The notes under the pieces are model-generated. The model did no database searches, was not told where the DNA came from, and saw only the letters and a list, made by a program, of their open reading frames with translations. This document shows positions 1-6,605 of a DNA stretch of 64,000 nucleotides, piece after piece; position 1 is the first letter of the stretch; the number at the start of each line of letters is the position of its first letter. Location: positions 215,950 to 279,949 of the forward strand of contig JAIXOP010000015.1 of the NCBI GenBank assembly GCA_027486725.1, written 5' to 3'. This DNA comes from Burkholderiales bacterium (GTDB taxonomy: Bacteria; Pseudomonadota; Gammaproteobacteria; Burkholderiales; Burkholderiaceae_A). Both the position numbers and the translations under genes were made by a program.

Positions 1-2
1 AC

Positions 3-794
3 GGTGACTTCCACTGGTTCGATGCTCGGTCCGATGTCTTTTCCGAGGTGCAGCGCCGCGTGCTGCGCCACCGCGCGACCCGAGGCAATGTCGAGACCGA
101 AATCGCCAACCCCGACTACGACGAGGCGGTGGGCTGTGGCTGTGGCTACCCCGACTGGGTGGACCAGGCCATCGTCGATCGCAGCAACCGCATCCTCGGG
201 CAGCTTCGCCGCCAGGCCACAGCAGCCGAAGCCGCTGCCCTTGGGGGCCTGCCGATGTGGATGGTGGCCCGCGTGGGCGGCCAGCGATTCGGCATCATTC
301 ATGGCGATCCCCAGTCGCTCGCTGGCTGGGGCCTGGCCCGAGAGCATCTGCTGAGCCCCACGCAAGGCGAGACCTTCCGGGGTCAGGCACGCCAGTGGTT
401 CCATGCGGCAGGCCCCTCGATTCAGGGCTTTGTCTGCACCCACACCTGCACGCCCATCTACCTCGACCTCGCCGCTGCGTCCACAGCGCCCCAATTGGTG
501 CTCAACAACGGATCGGCCGGCATGCCCAATCTTCTCAACGACCACGCGGGACTCATCACCCGCCTCTCCACCCGGCCGCCCGACGGGCGCATCCAGGCGG
601 CAGTTCGCTTTGGCATGCAGCGCGCAGGACTGTTCATCGATGCCGTGGGCATCGACTATCCCCACGCATCCTGGCTCGCCATGTTCGATGGCCTCTGGCC
701 TTTGGGCAGCGACGCTGCCTTGTCGTATCGAGACCGCATCAAACACAGCCTGAAACTCTCGGCTGCAGACATGGTCTTTTCCATCCACCCCTAA
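3..794 (+). CDS. Metallophosphoesterase-fold protein with atypical Cys-substituted motifs (5'-truncated by window edge)
   Basis: Frame is open from base 3 (GDFHWFDARSDVFSEVQRR...). Motifs GDFHW, RGNVE, IHGD, CTHTC and NNGSAG follow the calcineurin-like phosphoesterase order; extra GCGCGYP motif. Confidence 0.6.
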   Translation, partial: GDFHWFDARSDVFSEVQRRVLRHRATRGNVETEIANPDYDEAVGCGCGYPDWVDQAIVDRSNRILGQLRRQATAAEAAALGGLPMWMVARVGGQRFGIIHGDPQSLAGWGLAREHLLSPTQGETFRGQARQWFHAAGPSIQGFVCTHTCTPIYLDLAAASTAPQLVLNNGSAGMPNLLNDHAGLITRLSTRPPDGRIQAAVRFGMQRAGLFIDAVGIDYPHASWLAMFDGLWPLGSDAALSYRDRIKHSLKLSAADMVFSIHP

Positions 795-820
795 CCACCC
801 ATCCAAAAGGACGACCCCCC

Positions 821-1666
821 ATGTTGGCAATCGTTGGCGGTACTGGACTCTACGAACTCCAGGGACTTGAGCTGGTGCGCGAACACAGCCCCGAGACCCC
901 GTTTGGCCAGGCTTCCGGCCCCGTGGCGGAGGGAAGACTTCATGGGCAGTCGGTGCTCTTTCTGGCGCGGCACGGCAAGGGGCACCGGCACCTTCCCCAC
1001 GAGGTGAACTATCGGGCCAACATCTTCGCCCTCAAGCGCGCCGGTGCCACCCAGATGCTGGGCATCTCTGCCGTGGGCAGCCTTGCCGAAGAGGCAGCCC
1101 CAGGGCACTTCGCCATGCCCGAGCAGTACATCGACTTCACCCGCGGCCGACGCATCGGCACCTTCTTTGGCGATGGGGTCGCGGCACACATCTCCACGGC
1201 CAAACCCGTGAGCGCGCGCCTCGTCTCGTCGGTGCAGACGGCGGCGCGGTCGCTGGGTCTTCCCTTTCACCGGGGCCTGACTTACGCCTGCGTGGAGGGC
1301 CCGCGGCTCGGCACCCAGGCCGAGAGCCATTTCATGCGTCTGGCCGGCTGTCATCTGGTGGGCATGACCAATGTGCCCGAGGCCTTTCTCGCCCGCGAAG
1401 CGCAGATGGGCTACGCCACCATCGGCATCGTGACCGACTACGACTGCTGGCGCGAAGACCCCGAGGAGCATGTGAGCGTGGCGGCGGTCTTCGAGCGCTA
1501 CGGACAAAGCCTCACCAAGGTCCGGTCCCTGATCGACGCCCTGTTCCAGGCGGCTCTGCCCGAGCCGGAGCCCGAGATTCGGCAGAGCCTCGCCACCGCC
1601 CTGATGTCCGACCCCAACAGCCTTGGCGCCGCTCAGCGCGAGTGGCTATCGGTTTTGCAGCGATGA
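821..1666 (+). CDS. mtnP: MTAP-family purine nucleoside phosphorylase (5'-methylthioadenosine/5'-deoxyadenosine phosphorylase)
   Basis: MLAIVGGTGLY, ETPFG, LARHG, VNYRANI, EGPRLGTQAE, VGMT and VTDYDCW (DxD, 6-aminopurine-preferring type). ATG at 821 after AAAGGA; the upstream part of the 257..1666 ORF is a spurious extension. Confidence 0.88.
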   Translation: MLAIVGGTGLYELQGLELVREHSPETPFGQASGPVAEGRLHGQSVLFLARHGKGHRHLPHEVNYRANIFALKRAGATQMLGISAVGSLAEEAAPGHFAMPEQYIDFTRGRRIGTFFGDGVAAHISTAKPVSARLVSSVQTAARSLGLPFHRGLTYACVEGPRLGTQAESHFMRLAGCHLVGMTNVPEAFLAREAQMGYATIGIVTDYDCWREDPEEHVSVAAVFERYGQSLTKVRSLIDALFQAALPEPEPEIRQSLATALMSDPNSLGAAQREWLSVLQR

Positions 1667-2439
1667 TTGGGCTGGCACTGCTTCTGGCCTCCTCGGCATC
1701 GGCCGACCTGCCAACGCTGCGCTCTCCCAGCTCGGCAGAGGTGGAGGCTGCGCGGGTGACGGTGCGGCAGTTTTCGGCGCTGGGCAACATCCCATGGACC
1801 ATGGCCCTGCTGCCCCGGCAGTCTCGGCCCATCACCGATTACAAGACGGTGGTGATCGATGGTGCCCCGGCGCTTCAGGTCACCGCCGACCGCTCATATG
1901 GGGCGCTGATGACCCAGCTGTCGCCGCAGGCGCAGCCCCGCAGCATTCGTTGGGAGTGGCGGCTGGAGGCCATCACCCGGCCCATCGATCTCACCACCCG
2001 GGCCGGCGACGACAACCCGGTCAAGGTCTGTGTGGCCTTCGACTGGCCCGATGCCGCAGTGCCATTCTGGGAACGACAGGCCCTGGGCATCGCGAAGGCC
2101 GTTACCGGCGAGCCGCTGCCCGGCGCAACCCTCTGTTACACCTGGGGCCAGCAGGAGGCCAAGGGCATCCCGATCGACAGCCCCTACACCCGCCGGGTGA
2201 GGGTCATTCCGCTGCGCAATGCGCAGGATGCCCAGGGCCGGTGGTGGACTGAAGAGCGGAATCTGGAGCAGGATCTGCGCAGGGCCTTTGGCGATGAGCT
2301 CCCCGCCTCCGCGCCCATGCCGCGGGCCACCATCGTCTTTGTCTCGGCGGACATGGACAACACCGATGGGAAGTCGCGGGGCTATTTCCGCAACTTTGTG
2401 CTCAGCGCTGCGGCGCCTTCCCCAGCAAAGCAACCTTGA
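1663..2439 (+). CDS. DUF3047-domain exported protein
   Basis: Signal peptide (MIGLALLLASSASA), WEWRL, GDDNPVKVCVAFD, LCYTWG, SPYTRRVR, WWTEERNL, ADMDNT. ATGA overlap with the MTAP stop. Confidence 0.78.
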   Translation: MIGLALLLASSASADLPTLRSPSSAEVEAARVTVRQFSALGNIPWTMALLPRQSRPITDYKTVVIDGAPALQVTADRSYGALMTQLSPQAQPRSIRWEWRLEAITRPIDLTTRAGDDNPVKVCVAFDWPDAAVPFWERQALGIAKAVTGEPLPGATLCYTWGQQEAKGIPIDSPYTRRVRVIPLRNAQDAQGRWWTEERNLEQDLRRAFGDELPASAPMPRATIVFVSADMDNTDGKSRGYFRNFVLSAAAPSPAKQP

Positions 2440-3559
2440 GTTCGGGCGTGGGGGGGCTGGGCCCCAGCCACGTGGCCAGCAGCAGCCGAGAGAATTCGGG
2501 GTTGCGAAACTCCATCCAGGGTCGACCGCGATGGCTGATCTCCACACGACCGCCTTGGTGGAAGACGAAGACCTTGTCGGCACCCTCGACGGCAGCCGGC
2601 ACGGCATCCAGGAAACGCTGCACCTCCGCAGCGGGATACACACAGGGCGCGATGCAGTTGGCCTTGAAGGACTCCTCCCAGCCGTCGCGAATGGGCTTCA
2701 CACCACCACTGCGCAGCATGCGCACGGCCATGACCTTGGTCGAGTCGCTGGCCAGAATGGCTGAGGAATCCGACTCGCGGCTGGGCAGGTAGAGCGCCGC
2801 CGAGTAAATCTGGACCTTGAGGAAACTGAAGACCCGCCGGCCTGCGCCATTGAGCACCAGGGTCTCTTGGCCCACCTGCCAGTTGGATGGGAATTCCTCG
2901 GCGCCCGGGCTGGGGTTGGCCAGGGCGGGCCTCGGGGACACGCCGAGGGCTGTAAGGGCTGTAAGGCCTGTGAGGCCTGCCATCGCCAGCCCGACAGCAA
3001 TCAGCGAGCGCACGATGGGGCCGCGGGGGATCTTGGGCGCGGGCCGCGGCTGCTGCGGGCCCCGCGATCGCGCGGGCGCATAGGCCCAGGCCATCCAGGC
3101 CGCCAGAGCCAGCAGCACGCCATCCTCGACCAGGGTCTGACCGGTGAGCGGCCGCGCGAGGAACACGCCAAAGCAGCCGCAGTTGTCGATGGGAATGCCG
3201 CGCACCAGGGTGGCCGCCAGCCAGATCCAGAACATGGTGTGCAAAGCCACCACGGCTCGGCTGACCCAGGTCATCCACCAGCCCAGCAGCAGCAGATCGG
3301 CCAGCAGAAACTCCGTGAGGGTCAGGGCCCAGGCACTGGGAACGATGAGGGCCTCGGGCAGCACCTGAAACGACCGGACCACCCCATAAAAGCCCTGCAT
3401 GTCGAGGAGCTTGCCCACGGCAGTGGCAAAAAGGAGCGCGGCAAAGAACCACCGCAGCCGGCGACCCCAGAGCACTTCCCAGCGGAGCTCTGGGCCGCCG
3501 TTGGGGGCCACCGCCGCCTGGGCCTCAGCGCCGGGGCTGCTGATGGATGGTCCAGTCAT
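2402..3559 (-). CDS. Fusion of MauE/DoxX-family membrane domain and chalcone-isomerase-like (Chalcone_3-type) domain
   Basis: N-half is a multi-TM domain with AVGKLLD and LVRGIPIDNCGCFG (MauE-type). C-half has LVLNGAGRR..FLKVQIYSAALYL and FSRLLLATWLGPSP..ELKVALLG (bacterial CHI-like fold). Confidence 0.72.
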   Translation of the reverse strand: MTGPSISSPGAEAQAAVAPNGGPELRWEVLWGRRLRWFFAALLFATAVGKLLDMQGFYGVVRSFQVLPEALIVPSAWALTLTEFLLADLLLLGWWMTWVSRAVVALHTMFWIWLAATLVRGIPIDNCGCFGVFLARPLTGQTLVEDGVLLALAAWMAWAYAPARSRGPQQPRPAPKIPRGPIVRSLIAVGLAMAGLTGLTALTALGVSPRPALANPSPGAEEFPSNWQVGQETLVLNGAGRRVFSFLKVQIYSAALYLPSRESDSSAILASDSTKVMAVRMLRSGGVKPIRDGWEESFKANCIAPCVYPAAEVQRFLDAVPAAVEGADKVFVFHQGGRVEISHRGRPWMEFRNPEFSRLLLATWLGPSPPTPELKVALLGKAPQR

Positions 3560-4345
3560 AGGGGATAAAGCTCAGCCGGTAGTGCGTGGGAATGGGCCGC
3601 TCGACATATCGGTTGATGTAGTGAATGAGGCTGGGGGCTACCGCCAGAAAGTCTTCGGTAAAGAACTTCAGGATCTCCGAGACCCGGACCTCTTGGGTGA
3701 CTGGATCGACCTGCAGGTGCTTGGTGTCTGCGAAAAAGCGGCGCGTCTCTCGCTCGAGCTGCTGCTGGACCGTGGCCGCATCGAAGGGCTCGCGCGGGAG
3801 CTGGGGGCAGCCCACCGACATGCAGTTGATCGCGAAGTGGATGCGTGGGTCACCCAGTCGGCGGATCACTTCATTTTCGTAGGTGTAGAGGGTCATGGTT
3901 CTTCCCCCCACCTGGTAGCTGGTTAAGTAGAAGAAGAAGACCTTCTTGAGGCCCGCGAGGGTTTGGGGGATGCCGTCTTCCAGCACTGCATACATGGCCA
4001 GCGCGTTGTAGGCGTTGAGGTGTAGGCCATGCGCTGGTCGGCGGTGGAAAAGAGCTGGGGATGGCTCTCTGGGCTGACCGCATAGACCCAGGAAACCATC
4101 GCGTCCAGATCCTTTCGGTCCTTGGCCATGCCGACGAAATCGATTCGGCCTTGGTCGTCGACAAAACGCTGCAGCACCCGGGACCAGGCCGCCCGAGGCT
4201 CCACAAGCTCAGTCCCCTGCGGCGTGGCCCGCGGAGCGGCATCGGAAGTCGCCTGCCGAGGCCCGGGGACCACGGTGGCGCAGCCCGCAACGAGCAGCGA
4301 CGCCACCGCTGCCAGACCAAGACGCCAGGTTGGCCACCGCAGCAT
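3525..4345 (-). pseudogene. DUF547-domain lipoprotein split by a 1-nt frameshift at ~4020-4021 (pseudogene or assembly indel)
   Basis: 5' frame: lipobox LVAGC, then WSRVLQRFVDDQGRIDF...QRMAY. 3' frame: LNAYNALAMY...DPRIHFAINCMSVGCP...YDW. Minus strand reads TAC-AC-CTC-AAC-GCC-TAC-AAC, one base short of a continuous AYxLNAYN motif. Confidence 0.8.
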
Positions 4346-4349
4346 GGGC

Positions 4350-5762
4350 TTACTCCCCTTCGGCCACCACCTCGGTGGCGCTGTCCTCGCCCTGCTTGCC
4401 GGGGTTGACCTGGTCTTTGGCGCGTCCGCGGGCATTCTTGCGGGTGAGCTCGACCGAAATGCTCTCGGGCTTGGTCTTTTGGAACTCGCCGGTGGCGGGA
4501 TTCCAGAACATCACAGCCTGCTCTTTCTTCACCTGCGCGGGCACCAGGAGGTAGTCGTCGCGCTTGGCGTTGTGCACGCACATCGACATGGGCCCCTCGG
4601 GGGTCATGACCATGAAGGAGCATGCCTCGCAACGCTCCTTGTCGAGTGCCGAGGCGTCCATGAAGTTGTGGATGTGGAAGGAGAGCTTGCCCACCTTAAA
4701 GCCCGATGCGATGAGATCGCGGCGGGCCTGCCAGCCCAGCTTGCCCAGGCGGCCCACAAAGCCAAACAACAGGCGCGGATTCTTCACCAGAAAGTCGACC
4801 AAGGCGCCGACAGCACGGGTCTTGGAGCGGCGGTCAAAGCGCAGGTGCGCAGTTTCCATCAGCATCTGATGAACAAAGGCCGGGTCGTTGAAGAAGTCGT
4901 AGACACGGCCATTGATGACCAGGCCAAAGGCGTAGCGGTTGCAGTCCTGGTGTCCGGCCGACGAGGCACCGAACTCGAGCTTGGTGCCAGCACCGGCCTC
5001 GATCTGTGCCTGAACGGTGGCGGGGCTGATGGCAATGCGCTCACGCTCGGTGCCGCGGCCCGTGTCTGCGCCCACCTGGAAGGCCGCCAGTCGCACCACA
5101 TCGTGGTGCTGGGTGAAGAACTTGATGAGGTCGGGCACCTCGTGGAAGTTGTCTTTGTAGACCGTGGTGTTGAAGAAGACCGACAGAGGCAGTCCGCGGG
5201 CGCGCTCGATGTACTCCAGGCGCACTTCGTTCAGCTCCATTTCGGTTTTGTAGCCCTTGCGCTCCTGGGTCAGATCGACGTGGAAGGCGATGTCTTCCAG
5301 GCCCGCCTCGCAGAGCTCCTCGAGCAGGTCGCGCGTGGCCTTGATGCCGTTGGTAAAGAGCGAGGACTGCATGTTTTTGCTGCGGATGTAGCGCACGATC
5401 TGAACGAGCTCGTCGCGCTTGCGCAGGGTGGGGTCGCCGCCCGTCACCTGGACATCGGTGCGATCGCCGTAGTGGGCATGGATGAGGTCGATGCGGCGGA
5501 AGACCTCCTCGAGGGGAATGTCCTTCAGGGCCTCGGAAGACTCCGAGAGATAGCAATAGCTGCAGTCGAGGTTGCAGCGCTGGGTGATTTCAAGCGCCGT
5601 GCATCCGATCGACATCCGGCGGCCGATCAATTGCCATGGAGCCCACTGATTGTTGTCTTGCATGCGGCGCCGAGCGCGGGCCACAGGATCCATGCCGTCT
5701 TGGGGCAGGTCGTAAGGTTTCCAGGCCTTGATCTCGTCTGGGGTAAGGTTGCGGGTCGGCAC
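4350..5762 (-). CDS. Radical SAM protein, COG1964/tetraether-synthase(Tes)-like subgroup
   Basis: LEITQRCNLDCSYC (CxxxCxxC), TGGDPTL, FTNG, and C-terminal FMD..LDKERCEACSFMVMTPEGPMSMCVHN. GTG start preceded by AGGAG. Confidence 0.85.
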   Translation of the reverse strand: MPTRNLTPDEIKAWKPYDLPQDGMDPVARARRRMQDNNQWAPWQLIGRRMSIGCTALEITQRCNLDCSYCYLSESSEALKDIPLEEVFRRIDLIHAHYGDRTDVQVTGGDPTLRKRDELVQIVRYIRSKNMQSSLFTNGIKATRDLLEELCEAGLEDIAFHVDLTQERKGYKTEMELNEVRLEYIERARGLPLSVFFNTTVYKDNFHEVPDLIKFFTQHHDVVRLAAFQVGADTGRGTERERIAISPATVQAQIEAGAGTKLEFGASSAGHQDCNRYAFGLVINGRVYDFFNDPAFVHQMLMETAHLRFDRRSKTRAVGALVDFLVKNPRLLFGFVGRLGKLGWQARRDLIASGFKVGKLSFHIHNFMDASALDKERCEACSFMVMTPEGPMSMCVHNAKRDDYLLVPAQVKKEQAVMFWNPATGEFQKTKPESISVELTRKNARGRAKDQVNPGKQGEDSATEVVAEGE

Positions 5763-5792
5763 GCGAGGCTCCTTTATTGGCAGGGATACGGC

Positions 5793-6605
5793 TTGAACGA
5801 ACGAACGCAGTTTTGGATCGATACGGATGTTGCCCTAGGAAGTCGACGCGGTGATGTCGACGACGGGCTGGCATTGGCCTTTGCTGTAAAACTTATTCAA
5901 GGCGCCAACTCGGGCATGGAACTCCTTGGTGTTTCGGCAGTCGCCGGAAACACCGATGCAACGACCGCGCAGCACTGTGCCGACACCCTCCTCGAGCGGC
6001 TCGGCAGCCCGCTTCGCTGTGTGCCGGCGACCCGGGCAGGCCGTGAAATCGCGGGTTTACCCGAGGGAGTGCACATCCTCGCCCTGGGCCCGCTCACCAA
6101 CCTGGCCTCGGCGCTGGCCCACAACCCCATGCTGGCGTCTCGTGCGCAATGCACCACGGTGGGTGGGGTCATGCACCCCTGGCGCAGCCCCTTGCTGCGC
6201 TTTTCCTGCCTCAACTTTCGCCACGACCCTCGGGCCGCCATGGCAGTCACCGCAGCACCCTGGAAGCGTCGGCTCGGCTGTCCGTTGGATGTGGTCAAGC
6301 GGCTGCGCATGGATGCCCGTGGACTTCGCCGTCTGGCCGAGCAGGGAAATCTGGGGGCTTACATTGCCGAGCATTCCTGGCGATGGCTGCGGCAGGCACC
6401 GCTTCGGCATGGCCGCATGAGCTTTCCGGTGTGGGATCTCGCAGCGGTGATGGCCGCCATGGGCGCCCTGCCCGCAGCCCGATTCAGCCCCGACGGCAGT
6501 CGCCTCTGGGACTTCGACCCGCAGGCAGCGCAGCAGACCTTCATCGACGCCTTGGCCGATCAGGCTACGCCTCCCCGATGCGCTTCCCGTCCTTGCGGGA
6601 AATGA
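5793..6605 (+). CDS. Nucleoside hydrolase (IU-NH family), atypical
   Basis: WIDTDVALGSRRGDVDDGLAL (DxD..DD), VAGNT, LALGPLTNLA, NFRHDPRAA, PLDV, WDLAA. TTG start is inferred; the upstream part of ORF 4122..6605 is the antisense shadow of the radical SAM gene. Confidence 0.75.
   Translation: MNERTQFWIDTDVALGSRRGDVDDGLALAFAVKLIQGANSGMELLGVSAVAGNTDATTAQHCADTLLERLGSPLRCVPATRAGREIAGLPEGVHILALGPLTNLASALAHNPMLASRAQCTTVGGVMHPWRSPLLRFSCLNFRHDPRAAMAVTAAPWKRRLGCPLDVVKRLRMDARGLRRLAEQGNLGAYIAEHSWRWLRQAPLRHGRMSFPVWDLAAVMAAMGALPAARFSPDGSRLWDFDPQAAQQTFIDALADQATPPRCASRPCGK

Noticed and set aside
1664-3527. Selenocysteine read-through at TGA stops in the rSAM cluster
   Set aside because: The TGAs at the ends of MTAP, DUF3047 and DUF547 fall where those domains naturally end and not at Cys-equivalent motif positions; I saw no convincing SECIS.
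4014-4030. Programmed ribosomal frameshift in the DUF547 gene
   Set aside because: No slippery heptamer or clear stimulatory structure; a simple 1-nt deletion explains it.
4122-5792. 827-aa ORF 4122..6605 as one giant protein
   Set aside because: The first ~555 codons are the antisense shadow of the radical SAM gene; only the last ~270 aa carry nucleoside hydrolase motifs.
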